The translations under genes and the position numbers were made by a program. From contig JBBQFN010000005.1 in the NCBI GenBank assembly GCA_038321985.1, forward strand, positions 64,001 to 128,000: DNA of 64,000 bases. Reading direction: 5' to 3'. Shown one piece after another: positions 50,142 to 60,817 of this stretch; positions within the stretch are counted from its first letter, which is position 1, and each line of letters opens with the position of its first letter. This stretch comes from Cyanophyceae cyanobacterium. Its GTDB lineage: Bacteria > Cyanobacteriota > Cyanobacteriia > Cyanobacteriales > Laspinemataceae. The notes under the pieces were generated by a model. That model searched no databases, was not told the DNA's origin, and saw only the letters and a list, made by a program, of their open reading frames with translations.

Positions 50142-52031
50142 TTATTCCAACGATCGCTGATACTCTTCTAACAACTGGAAAATATGATCGTATCCATCAA
50201 CACCGATCGCAGGTATAATCCGAGGGCGATTTTGTTGTAACAAACTCTGAAAAGCCTCCGCCCCCATTTGACCTTGGATAACCGAGAGTAACCCAGCACT
50301 TTGACGCCATTCCTGAGCTTCGATTTGCTCTAACTGATACATTCCTAAACCGCCAAAATAGAGAGTAGCTTCCAGGTTTTGCTGATGATAGTGGGCTTGG
50401 GCTAAATAGGCTAAATTTAACCCTTGAATGTAAAGGTCCCCAGAAATTTGGGCCGCTTCCCATCCCTTTAGTAAGTTAACGATCGCCTTGGGATATTCGG
50501 CGATCGCCACATAAGCAATCCCCAAACTACTACAACATAACGCTTGACTTTGGCGGTCGGCTAATTTCTCCGAAAGCTGTAACCCTTGTTCCAGATAATA
50601 AATCGCCCCCTCATAAACCTCCGGATCCAATTCTCCCTGTTCCCGGGCTTGAAACACCTCACTAAAGCCGAGATTGGCTAAAGCATTAGCCTCTCCCAAG
50701 CGTTCTCCTTCTTGACGAGACCCAATTAACGCTCGCTGGCTACAATCAATCGCCAGGGCATAATTTTTCTGACCCACATAACTGCGGCTGATATGATTGA
50801 GATTTGCAATTTCACAGCGGCGATCGCCTGCTTCCCGAGAAATATCCAGCGCTTGTTGATGAAAGGCAATGGAGCGTTCAAAATTTCCCATTGCTCGCAT
50901 AGAATAACCCAGTAAAGTCAAAATCCGCGCCTTTTCCTCGGTCCCCTCCACTCGTCGCAACGGTTCATCTAGATATTGCAGGGCCCCGCGCAGATACTCC
51001 CCTGTAAAGGCGGCAAATATTCCCCCATAGAGAGGAAAATAATCCCGCTGAGAAAAAGCTCGTAAAATCTGTAACGTTACCTGAAAACAAGCGTTGGTCA
51101 ACCGTTCCCGGGTACTAGAATTAAACTGGGTGCTGCGACTGACCGCACTGGCTAATTGAGACCAAATTAGGGCGAAGGTTAAATAAGTAGAAATCGAGAG
51201 CTTGGCTCCTACTTTGGAGTCATACACCATTTTATCAAACCAAACAACTAACCCCCGTTGTAAACCCTGCAAAATAACGGTCAGTTCTACCCAATCGCTG
51301 ACGTCGGCAGGGGGCTGGCGATCGAAAACATTGTGGAGGGGTTGATTGAATGCAAGGGTACTAAACAGGGCTTGGGGAAAAGGACGATTAACTTGTTTCG
51401 CCCACAGCGCCCAGGGGCCCTGCTGTCCAGGAATTCCGCCAAATCCAAGCTGTCCTCTGCCTTGTTCGTAGATCCAACTAACCAGGTGAGATTCCACCTG
51501 CTGCCAGGATTTTAAGCCTTGTTGAAGTCCGGTAGCTAGGGGTGAGACTTCCAGGTGCAATTCGGGATTGGCAATGCTATCCAGTTTATTCGTGAGGGTA
51601 TTGGCAAGTTGACGTTGTTGTTCGAGGGTCAGCGGTTGAGGTTGGTTGGGATCAATCTCGCGCAGGAGTGTCAACAGGCGCGTGTTGGGTTCGGCTTGCA
51701 TAATGCGCTCAGCGGCAGCAGCGATCGCATCCTTGACTTGATTTTCCTTTTGCCAGCGTTCCCATTGTTTTTCGATAGTCTGTAATGCTCGCTGAATACG
51801 GGTAGCTTTGGCTATTTTCAACTCGTCGGTTTCTTGATCGAGTTGGGATTTAGTATTGCTGAGGCGATCGCCCAGACAGCGCTCAAAAATTTCTCCAGTG
51901 CCACTGGCAATCTCTTGCACCAGCATTTGATAGACCTGCTCAACGGAGCGAATTTTCCCTTTGAGGGTCATCTCTACGATGTTATCGACTAATTGTAAGT
52001 AGCGATCGCGCAAGGAAGTAGAATCTGACAT
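50142..52031 (-). CDS. Tetratricopeptide-repeat protein
   Basis: C-terminal ~40 aa TPR units (QQALDISREAGDRRCEIANLNHI etc.) after a large helical N-terminus. Confidence 0.85.
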   Translation of the reverse strand: MSDSTSLRDRYLQLVDNIVEMTLKGKIRSVEQVYQMLVQEIASGTGEIFERCLGDRLSNTKSQLDQETDELKIAKATRIQRALQTIEKQWERWQKENQVKDAIAAAAERIMQAEPNTRLLTLLREIDPNQPQPLTLEQQRQLANTLTNKLDSIANPELHLEVSPLATGLQQGLKSWQQVESHLVSWIYEQGRGQLGFGGIPGQQGPWALWAKQVNRPFPQALFSTLAFNQPLHNVFDRQPPADVSDWVELTVILQGLQRGLVVWFDKMVYDSKVGAKLSISTYLTFALIWSQLASAVSRSTQFNSSTRERLTNACFQVTLQILRAFSQRDYFPLYGGIFAAFTGEYLRGALQYLDEPLRRVEGTEEKARILTLLGYSMRAMGNFERSIAFHQQALDISREAGDRRCEIANLNHISRSYVGQKNYALAIDCSQRALIGSRQEGERLGEANALANLGFSEVFQAREQGELDPEVYEGAIYYLEQGLQLSEKLADRQSQALCCSSLGIAYVAIAEYPKAIVNLLKGWEAAQISGDLYIQGLNLAYLAQAHYHQQNLEATLYFGGLGMYQLEQIEAQEWRQSAGLLSVIQGQMGAEAFQSLLQQNRPRIIPAIGVDGYDHIFQLLEEYQRSLE

Positions 52032-52626
52032 TGTAAATTAAGCTCAGTCTAGTATTGGGTAGTTTCCCTTGTTTATTCTACTTCTGCACCTTTCCATTCA
52101 TAGAGCAAGGCCGCTTTCAACCACAAAGCCTCCGGAGTGTGGGGATAATACTTTATTGGGTTTCCCTTCGAGCAACGCTCTACCCTAGGGCGCTGACAGG
52201 TTGCTTAGAGGCAGTTTCAACCGGCGCGGGCTGAGGGGCCTGTAGTATCGGTTGGGATACGGCTGTTGATTCCCCTTTCGGGGCGATTCAAGAAAATCTG
52301 GCTTTTTTATAATAGGGATTCGCTGAGCCTCTGCGCCCTGAATTTTTAAGGAAGGTATAAAAAATTTTAAGGCCATCTGAATCCCTTTAAACCCTTTGTA
52401 CCGCGTTGTTTGGGGAATCATCTACAGGAGCGCTTGATTTAAAATTTTTAGGGACCGACCTAAGCAGAAATACCCGAATTAGGTCTTTTTGGGTAATTTC
52501 TCTATCCTTAGATAGCAATGGCAAGGGGAGGAACTTATTCCCTGCGATAGATAAGAAATGATAGCTGTTATTGATAGTCTAATTACATAAGACAAAAGGC
52601 AACGAATCAAAAAAGGAGATTATCTC

Positions 52627-52890
52627 ATGTTGGTTAGTATTTTAACTTGGGTTGTTTTAGGACTGATTGCCGGTGCGTTAGCAAAATTAATTTATCCTGG
52701 ACGTCAAGGTGGCGGTATTTTTGCCACAATCGGATTAGGGATTCTAGGTGCAATTGTAGGTGGATGGGTGGCCCAAGCCATCTTTGGAATTACAGCCGTC
52801 GGTTTAAGTTGGCAGGGTATTCTCTTTGCGGTGATCGGTGCGATGGTCCTGATCTTCATCTGGGGTCTGTTAACTCAGCGCGCAGCGTAA
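52627..52890 (+). CDS. GlsB/YeaQ/YmgE family stress membrane protein
   Basis: LGLIAGALAKLIYPG, LGILGAIVGG, AVIGA; AGGAG RBS. Confidence 0.92.
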   Translation: MLVSILTWVVLGLIAGALAKLIYPGRQGGGIFATIGLGILGAIVGGWVAQAIFGITAVGLSWQGILFAVIGAMVLIFIWGLLTQRAA

Positions 52891-53280
52891 TTGTTTCCGG
52901 TCTTCTCTCTAGAACGATCTAAATCTTTAATAAGCCGATATTAGGGGTAAGGTAATCACCTTCACCCCTTGCTTTATGAGAACTGGCATCGGCAATCCCC
53001 GCGATCGCGGCTAATAATGCCTCCCCACAAACGACCCAAGGGCTGGCTAAGAAAAACGTTCATACAATCAATCATCACTAGGGTGCTAGAGAGAGGAATC
53101 CCTCATAAAAAGCGGTCTTCAGGGGCATTTATTATCCCTAAAGACCGCTTTCTATTGTCTCTCTTTTCCCGATAGGTTATCCCTGGGTTGCCAAACTCCC
53201 AGGCGTAACCGATTTTGAATCGAGAACCGGCTTTTGTCAGCCAAATGGCAGCAATCTATTTCCTGAAAAGGAGGCCAATC

Positions 53281-53523
53281 TTATTTATTTTTCTGCCAAA
53301 TTTGCCAAGTGGATCCTACAGCTGCACCCGCGCCAGCAATTAATCCAAAAGTCATGCCTTCCAGGGTTTTGAGAACGGGGTCTTGGGTAAGGCACTGAGT
53401 CGTAGGTGCAGCATCATCTAGACAACGATTAAGTTCCGCGCTGTAGGCCGTGCCTCCAACTAGAACTCCAATAGTGCTACAAGCAACAATATAAATAATA
53501 AAGCGACAATTTTTTCTAACCAT
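53281..53523 (-). CDS. Small two-TM hypothetical protein
   Basis: 80 aa: two Gly-rich hydrophobic helices flanking a C-x9-C loop. Confidence 0.65.
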   Translation of the reverse strand: MVRKNCRFIIYIVACSTIGVLVGGTAYSAELNRCLDDAAPTTQCLTQDPVLKTLEGMTFGLIAGAGAAVGSTWQIWQKNK

Positions 53524-53800
53524 AGATAGATGGCAAGGGGAACATGAAAGACTCTACCTTATTGTGCAGCTTATTTTTAAATCTGACAAGGGTTTTGTTA
53601 TTAATTTTACCTCTTAAAGTTTAGATTGCAAGAGGATTGCTCAAGATAGCTCAACATGATGCTTGAAGCGCCCGCCCACCAGCGCATCCTCTCATGCAAA
53701 TCTAATGTAAAATAAAATTATAATTTTTACCAATTTTAACGACTACACCCCTGGGGATGTAGTCGTCTAGGGCCATACCCGGGAATAAATTCACCGTAGT

Positions 53801-55129
53801 TCAGGAGGCAAGAAAGCCCTTGGCTGCTTTCTTTTTTCCCTTGGGCTTTGACTTAGATTTGTTGACTTCTAAGAGGGCCTCTTCAAAGAGCTGATTTAAG
53901 TGTAGGGGAATGGAGGCCGTTTCAGGTAAACGGGGTTCTAAAGGTTTATTATGTTCCTGCAAAAGCGAACCTAAATCGCGATCTAGCTGAAAATCAGGTC
54001 GCTTTAAAACCATTTGCAGCAGCTTTTCGAGTGGGGTAAAGTACTCTGCGGCGAGTTGCTGCCAAACATAGAAGTTAATGATGGGGTCTTCTAAGTAATG
54101 GCGTACTAGGGATTCTGCCTCCATCAGGTTGGGGTCTTCACGGTTGAGGAGGGCCACGAATTTACTGTAAGTGGGAATCAACATTTGACCCCACCGTGGA
54201 TGAGAAAAACAGGTGACTTCTTCGGCTTTTTTTAAGTTGTCCGGCAAGTCTAGTTTCGGCATCACCATTTTATTGTTTTTGTTGCGCTCAAAAAATTGGG
54301 CGGCTTCTTTTGGATCCACACCGGCTTCTTCCGCAGCAGCCACCAGTTCTTCCATATCAACACCCGCTTCGGCAGCAATTTCGTCGAGAGACTTGTTTTC
54401 GTCAATGCCTGCTTCGGCAAGACGCTTTTTAGTCATGCTTTCTTGGAGTGCGGCAATTTTTTTGTTGAGGTGGTATCCCGAGAGGGTAAAGCGATCGCTG
54501 CCGAAAAATTCAGTAAATTCTTGATGATATTTAACTACTGAATCCCAGGCTTCTTCTAATAATTCAGGGGCATCACCATAGAGGTGATTGTTGTAGTTAT
54601 CTTTAAAGTTACCGATCGCCACGGCGAGTTTAGGTTTACCCAGATTACCGAGGGCCATGTAACCGCCGAAGAACATATACTGAGAATTGTCCACGGGGGC
54701 GATGCGAGTGAGTAAAATATCCCCAGCTTTAATTCGCTGGAGTTGTTCCTGTTGTTGGGGAGAATTGGCCTTAACCTGATAATGTTTTGCGGTAAGCCAG
54801 TTCATCAATTCCAGGCCATCGGGTAAAACTTTGATGGCTTCAAAGACGCCCATGAAGCTCTTTTGCCAATTTTTGACTAAGGTGCGATCGCTTGCCGATA
54901 AGTCCGGTTGAGTTTCCAGAAATAAATCGATGGGAGTTTTATTCCCGACAGTACCCTCAACGGCAAATGCATCAATCCGCATATTCCGTTGACTGATATC
55001 TGATCGATCGCGAGAAGCGTGTTCAGCCGCATAGGTTTCCAGGGCGATCGCTACCTCTCCTTCGGCATCGAGTACGAAATCAATTAATTCTTGCTTGAGT
55101 TCCCAAGCGCGATCTACAGTTGCGTCCAC
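53801..55129 (-). CDS. Hypothetical protein
   Basis: 442 aa ORF; HPRWGQ motif; Lys-rich ...AKGF tail. Confidence 0.8.
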   Translation of the reverse strand: MDATVDRAWELKQELIDFVLDAEGEVAIALETYAAEHASRDRSDISQRNMRIDAFAVEGTVGNKTPIDLFLETQPDLSASDRTLVKNWQKSFMGVFEAIKVLPDGLELMNWLTAKHYQVKANSPQQQEQLQRIKAGDILLTRIAPVDNSQYMFFGGYMALGNLGKPKLAVAIGNFKDNYNNHLYGDAPELLEEAWDSVVKYHQEFTEFFGSDRFTLSGYHLNKKIAALQESMTKKRLAEAGIDENKSLDEIAAEAGVDMEELVAAAEEAGVDPKEAAQFFERNKNNKMVMPKLDLPDNLKKAEEVTCFSHPRWGQMLIPTYSKFVALLNREDPNLMEAESLVRHYLEDPIINFYVWQQLAAEYFTPLEKLLQMVLKRPDFQLDRDLGSLLQEHNKPLEPRLPETASIPLHLNQLFEEALLEVNKSKSKPKGKKKAAKGFLAS

Positions 55130-55521
55130 AGTATCTCTCCAAGTTTCACTGCTATAGGGTATCAGAACACCCGGGGCGATCGCATCTGTCCTCAGACTGG
55201 CTTTTACCGGAAATTGGGCCTCCTCTCAGGTGTGATGTTATGGCCCACTCTTTTTTTAGTCAATACTAAAACCCTGGTTCTTCGTAGCACCGATGGCGGT
55301 AAAATCAAACCAGGGGATATTCCTTGGGCAATCTAGGGGAGGAAAGATAGCGAGTCTATCCGGTTAAAAAAAGGATTGAGAAGGGGGAACCTCCGATCTC
55401 CCTACAGCTACAAATGAGATTAGACGCTACCACGTTTGTCTAAAAATTGTCCGAGGGATTGAGGTTCGCTAAAGTCACTAAAATGATAGAAGGCGATCGC
55501 ACATCTTGAGAAGGAGAAGGG

Positions 55522-56292
55522 GTGAAACCAAAACTATTCGCTTTGATTATTATTTTTATATCACTCGGCTTGATTCCACTCACTCGTGCCGAAAATCTGA
55601 CTCACCTTCAGCAATTGCGGCAAACTAATCAATGTCCCGGTTGTGATTTGCGGGGCGCTAATCTATCTCGCGCTCAACTTCGGGGGGTTAATCTCACGGG
55701 TAGCAACCTTAACGGTGCCGATCTCAGCTATGCCGACTTGGAAAATAGCGACTTACGCGGGGCTGATCTCACTGGAGTTAATTTTAAGGGTACAATTCTG
55801 TTGGGTAGTCGCCTGGATAGCACAACCCAAATTGATCGCAAATGGCGGATTGTATGGGAAATCGTCTCTCAAGGTGCGCGGGCACAGGAGATTGCGGGTG
55901 CCGACTTATCCGATGCCTATCTGCACAATGTCAATTTCAGTGGGGCAAATTTGGCGGGTTCTAACTTAAGTCGGGCTGAATTAAATGGGTCTAACTTAAA
56001 TAGTGCCAATTTAAGCGCCGCTAATCTCACGAATACTAATTTAAGCCGCGCTAATCTTACGAATAGTAATTTAAAAGGGGCGAATTTACGGGAGGCGAAT
56101 TTACAGGGTGCCGACTTAAGTGCCGCAGATTTAAGAGAGGCCGACTTACAGGGTGCGGATTTAACTCGGGCGGACTTGCGAATGGATTCGGTGTGGGGAT
56201 ATACACGTTGGCGCGGGGCTAATCTCGATGGCGTCAATGTCTGTGATGCCCTGATGGATGATGGGATGAAAATTGAGCAGGGTTGCCCGTAA
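55522..56292 (+). CDS. Exported pentapeptide-repeat protein
   Basis: Signal peptide, CPGCDL cap, many A(D/N)LxX repeats. Confidence 0.92.
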   Translation: MKPKLFALIIIFISLGLIPLTRAENLTHLQQLRQTNQCPGCDLRGANLSRAQLRGVNLTGSNLNGADLSYADLENSDLRGADLTGVNFKGTILLGSRLDSTTQIDRKWRIVWEIVSQGARAQEIAGADLSDAYLHNVNFSGANLAGSNLSRAELNGSNLNSANLSAANLTNTNLSRANLTNSNLKGANLREANLQGADLSAADLREADLQGADLTRADLRMDSVWGYTRWRGANLDGVNVCDALMDDGMKIEQGCP

Positions 56293-56361
56293 AGTCACTC
56301 CAGGGCGATCGGCGCTATAACAGAAAGATATTCTCTTGCTTGCTAACCCCAACCTGGTCCC

Positions 56362-59300
56362 ATGCACTTCTATCTCCATTGTCTCACCCTGATTCCGGCG
56401 ATCGCCTTGCTGTTTGTCCCCCCATCAGGATTGTCCGCGCCTCCCCCCCGGGTGTCAGTCCCCCAAGTTGAGAGTTCCCCTCCATCTACAGGCCGCCTAG
56501 AAGAGACCCCGGACCTCCTACAACTGGGAACCGAGCAATTTCGCCAGGGGGACTTTCAAACCGCCCTGCAAACCTATCAACAAGTCCTGCTACTCCACTC
56601 CGCCCGAAGCGATCGCCTCGGCATGGCTGTCGCCATGACTCATCTAGGGGAAGTTTATACGGCACTTAGTGATTATACTAAAGCCTTAGAACAATTGCAA
56701 GCTGCTTTAACACTTCGTGAGGAATTGCAGGACCGTCTGGGGGTGGGAGAAACCCTCAATCATCTCGGCTTTGTTTACAGTCGATTGGGGGACTATCCCC
56801 AAGCGTTACAACTCCATGAACAAGCATTAAACATTGGCCAGACTTTGAAAAATCGTCCCATCGAAGGGGAAGCGTTACATCATATTGCATCAGTTTATGC
56901 GGCCACGGGAGAGTATGAACAGGCGGTGCAATTGTATCAAGAAGCCTTAGTCATTCGCCAAGAAGTTGGAGACAAACGAGATGAAGGACGGACGCTCAAC
57001 AATTTGGGCGGGGTTTATTATAGTTTAGGAGACGCCGGACCTGCTTTAGATTTGTATCAACAAGCGATGAAACTGCGAGAAGAAATAGGCGATCGCGCCG
57101 GAGTCGCTCGTTTATTAAGTAATATTGCTTTATTATATCAGCAATTCGGCCAAGGCGACCGCGCCTTATCTTACTATGAAAAAGCCTTACCTATTTTAAA
57201 AGAAATTGGAGATAGATCCAGCTTGGGCAACACCTTAAATGGATTAGGGGTGCTGTATGAAGAACGGGGAGATTATCAACAAGCCTTGTCCGTTTATCAT
57301 CAATCTTTAGCCATTGCCGAAGAAATTGGCGATCGCCCTGGGTTGAGTAAAACTCTGGATAATGTGGGAGGGATTTATTATAGCTTGGGCCAATATCCGA
57401 ATGCTCTCAGCTTTTATGAACGCTCTTTAACCCTGCGCCAAACCCTCGGAGATCGCCCGGGGATAGGAACTACCCTCAATAACTTAGGCGGCCTTTACTA
57501 CAGTTTAGGAGACTATCCTGAAGCCTTAGAATTATTGAAACAAGCCTTAACCATTCGCCAAGAAATTGGGGATAAAGCTGGAGAAAGCCGCAATTTAGAT
57601 GCAATTGCGATCGTCTATGAAAAGCTCGGTCAATATACCCAAGCCTTAGAGAACTATCAACAAGCCTTAGAGATTGCCAATGCCATTGGCGACCCAGCGG
57701 CCCAAGGCAATGCCCTTGAACATATAGGGGGTATTTACCTTAATTTAGGGCAAACGGCACAATCCTTAGATTTTTTACAACAGGCAGTAGAAACCTTTCA
57801 AAAAATTGGCGATCGCATTGCGGTAGGACGCGCACTCAACGGGATTGCTTCCGTGTATTATCGCCTTAAACAATATCCCCAAGCCCTGGATTTTCTACAA
57901 CAAAGTATCAAAATTTTACGAGAAACTGGAGACAAAGCTGGAGAAGCGATCGCCCTGGCTAATTTGGGGCGAATTTTTCAAGAACAAGAGGATATTGTTT
58001 TAGCCACAGTCTTTTATAAACAAGCCGTAAACGCTCACGAATCTATTCGTCAAGACTTGAGAACTCTGGCAATGGAACGGCAAGAATCTTTTACCGCAAC
58101 TGTTGCAGATACCTATCGTAACTTATCCGATTTATTACTCCGACAAAACCGCATCCTTGAGGCACAACAAGTTCTCGACTTATTAAAAGTGCAAGAACTT
58201 GATGAATACCTCCAAAACGTGAAGGGTAATGAGAAAACCGCTTCAGGGATAGATTTTTTACCCGAAGAACAACAACTGGCGGAGGAATATCTGACCCTTC
58301 AAGAACGGGCGATCGAACTGGGAAAAGAATTAACCGAATTACAAACCATCCCCGAAACCGAACGGTCCCCCCAACAACAAGAAAGGGTTGCCCAAATCGA
58401 AGGCACTCTGCAAACCCTACGCCAAAAGTTTGATAGCTTCATTAATAGTCCGGAAATCATCGAGATTGCTGCCGAAATTGCTCGAAAAACTAGCGGAGAA
58501 AACTTAGATTTAACTAATATTACTCAACTCCAAAAATCATTGCAACAGTTGGGTAAAAATACAGTTTTACTCTATCCGCTTATTCTAGAAGACCGAATTG
58601 AACTAATTTTAATTACCCCGGATAGCCCGCCGATCCATCGGTCAGTTCCCGTTAGTCAAGCCAATTTAAGCCGGGGTATCTCTGAATTTAGAAAGGCCCT
58701 CACTGTTCCTTCAAAACGGGGTAATTCTGATATCCCTAAAACCACAGGTAAACAGCTATATAATTGGTTGATTCAACCCTTTCAAAGCGAACTGGATCGG
58801 CTAGAAGTAGAAACTATTGTGTACGCCCCTGATGGACTGTTGCGTTATATTCCCTTAGCCGCTTTGTATGACGGAAAAAATTGGCTGGCCGAACGCTATC
58901 AGATTAATAATATTACCGCAGCTTCTCTTACTAACTTTAATATTGAACCCCCAGAAAGGTTGAAAATTTTAGCCGGTGCTTTTACTGAAGGCACTTATAA
59001 CGTCGAAGTGGGAACGCGACAATTAGCCTTTTCCGGGCTACCCTTTGCGGGAAAAGAAGTAGAAAATCTCGCCGCTACTATTCCGGATACAACTAAACTC
59101 ATTGATCGCGAATTCACCCGTAGTGCTACCACCTCGGGAATGAGCGATCGCAATATTATCCACTTAGCCACTCATGCCGCCTTTGTGAATGGTCAACCCG
59201 AAGACTCATTTATCATGTTAGGCGATGGCGATCGCATCACCTTGCGCGACTTAGAACAGTGGTCCTTACCCAACATCGATTTAATCGTGCTCAGCGCCTG

Positions 59301-59574
59301 TCAAACCGCAATGGGGGGACAAATGGGAAATGGAACCGAAATTCTGGGATTTGGCTATCAAATGCAGAACATCGGTGCAAAAGCAGCTGTCGCCTCCTTA
59401 TGGTCCGTAGACGATGGCGGCACTCAAGCCCTGATGAATGCCTTTTATGATAGCTTGAAAACCGGCAATACCAAAACTGCCTCTTTGCGAAATGCTCAAC
59501 TTGCCTTAATCCAAAGTGATTACAACCACCCCTATTATTGGGCATCATTTATCATCATTGGCAATGGATTTTAG
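56362..59574 (+). CDS. TPR plus CHAT (caspase-like protease) domain protein
   Basis: About a dozen 40 aa TPRs; HLATHA and LSACQT catalytic motifs; ASLWSVDD, HPYYWASF. Confidence 0.93.
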   Translation: MHFYLHCLTLIPAIALLFVPPSGLSAPPPRVSVPQVESSPPSTGRLEETPDLLQLGTEQFRQGDFQTALQTYQQVLLLHSARSDRLGMAVAMTHLGEVYTALSDYTKALEQLQAALTLREELQDRLGVGETLNHLGFVYSRLGDYPQALQLHEQALNIGQTLKNRPIEGEALHHIASVYAATGEYEQAVQLYQEALVIRQEVGDKRDEGRTLNNLGGVYYSLGDAGPALDLYQQAMKLREEIGDRAGVARLLSNIALLYQQFGQGDRALSYYEKALPILKEIGDRSSLGNTLNGLGVLYEERGDYQQALSVYHQSLAIAEEIGDRPGLSKTLDNVGGIYYSLGQYPNALSFYERSLTLRQTLGDRPGIGTTLNNLGGLYYSLGDYPEALELLKQALTIRQEIGDKAGESRNLDAIAIVYEKLGQYTQALENYQQALEIANAIGDPAAQGNALEHIGGIYLNLGQTAQSLDFLQQAVETFQKIGDRIAVGRALNGIASVYYRLKQYPQALDFLQQSIKILRETGDKAGEAIALANLGRIFQEQEDIVLATVFYKQAVNAHESIRQDLRTLAMERQESFTATVADTYRNLSDLLLRQNRILEAQQVLDLLKVQELDEYLQNVKGNEKTASGIDFLPEEQQLAEEYLTLQERAIELGKELTELQTIPETERSPQQQERVAQIEGTLQTLRQKFDSFINSPEIIEIAAEIARKTSGENLDLTNITQLQKSLQQLGKNTVLLYPLILEDRIELILITPDSPPIHRSVPVSQANLSRGISEFRKALTVPSKRGNSDIPKTTGKQLYNWLIQPFQSELDRLEVETIVYAPDGLLRYIPLAALYDGKNWLAERYQINNITAASLTNFNIEPPERLKILAGAFTEGTYNVEVGTRQLAFSGLPFAGKEVENLAATIPDTTKLIDREFTRSATTSGMSDRNIIHLATHAAFVNGQPEDSFIMLGDGDRITLRDLEQWSLPNIDLIVLSACQTAMGGQMGNGTEILGFGYQMQNIGAKAAVASLWSVDDGGTQALMNAFYDSLKTGNTKTASLRNAQLALIQSDYNHPYYWASFIIIGNGF

Positions 59575-59713
59575 TCTCGTATAAAATGTTCTTTTTTTTT
59601 TAAAGTAATTTTAATTTCTCTCCCAAATTTAACGAAACTTTAACGAAAAAAAACGCAAATTACCCTAAAAATGTTAGGGTAGACTACTGGCTTAAATCAG
59701 GGAGACATTTATT

Positions 59714-60592
59714 ATGACCATAGCCTTAGAAACTTGGACCCATAACACGATCGCCGTGAATGGAATCACCCTGCATTACGTCACTCAAGGGGAAGGACCC
59801 TTGATGCTAATGCTTCATGGGTTTCCCGAATTCTGGTATTCCTGGCGATATCAAATTCCCGAGTTTGCCCTAGATTATAAAGTTGTCGCCCTCGATATGC
59901 GCGGGTACAACGACAGCGATAAACCCCAAGATCCATCCGCCTATCGAATCCAAGAACTAATCCAAGATATTGAGGGAGTGATTACCGGATTAGGGTATGA
60001 AAGCTGCGTCTTAGTCGGACATGATTGGGGAGGCATCGTTGCCTGGTACTTTGCCTATAGTTATCCGAATTTGGTAAAAAAATTAATCGTCCTGAATATT
60101 CCACACCCCGCCAAATTTGCCGAAGGAATTCGCAGCAACCCCCTGCAACTTCTCAAGAGTTCCTATGCCTTTTTCTTTCAGCTTCCACTCGTCCCTGAAT
60201 GGGTGATTCAAGTGAATGATTATCAGGCGATCGAAATGGCTTTTAAAGGGATGGCAGTCAATAAAAAGACCTTTACCCCAGCCGATATCAGTGCCTATAA
60301 AAATGCAGCCGCCAAACGGGGTTCTCTCACTGCCATGCTCAATTACTACCGCCATGCCATGTGGGAGTTACTCTTTGATAAAGAGTGGAACCTACTAGAA
60401 GTACCCACCCTGATGATTTGGGGAGAAGAGGATACCGCCCTCGGCAAAGAATTAACCTATGGAACTGAATCCTACGTTCGGGATTTAGAGATTCGTTATA
60501 TTCCGAATTGCAGCCATTGGGTACAGCAAGAAAAGCCTGAATTGGTTAACCAGTATATGCGGGAGTTTTTATCCCCCACGCCGAAAAGATAA
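59714..60592 (+). CDS. Alpha/beta hydrolase, epoxide-hydrolase family
   Basis: HGFPE, DMRGYNDS, GHDWGG, NYYR, SHWVQQE. Confidence 0.92.
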   Translation: MTIALETWTHNTIAVNGITLHYVTQGEGPLMLMLHGFPEFWYSWRYQIPEFALDYKVVALDMRGYNDSDKPQDPSAYRIQELIQDIEGVITGLGYESCVLVGHDWGGIVAWYFAYSYPNLVKKLIVLNIPHPAKFAEGIRSNPLQLLKSSYAFFFQLPLVPEWVIQVNDYQAIEMAFKGMAVNKKTFTPADISAYKNAAAKRGSLTAMLNYYRHAMWELLFDKEWNLLEVPTLMIWGEEDTALGKELTYGTESYVRDLEIRYIPNCSHWVQQEKPELVNQYMREFLSPTPKR

Positions 60593-60817
60593 GACTTACA
60601 AAAATTAAGTTCTTCTCGGGTTAAAGCCGAACCCCAAGGCTCATAAAATCAGTACAATTCTGGGATAATTTTCTCAAGCCCCTTGGGAATCAAACCTTTA
60701 TTCCTCTGGCTTCCCCCTTTTTAAGGGGGAGGAGGATTTAGGGGAATTCACTCATGGAATCAAAGCCAGAGGTCTATTTACAATAAAATAGAGAATACCC
60801 CGTATTTTTTCCCCGCT

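Noticed and set aside
52090..52330. Possible structured ncRNA in the TPR-glsB intergenic region
   Set aside because: Only short scattered hairpins; no family signature recognised without an Rfam search.
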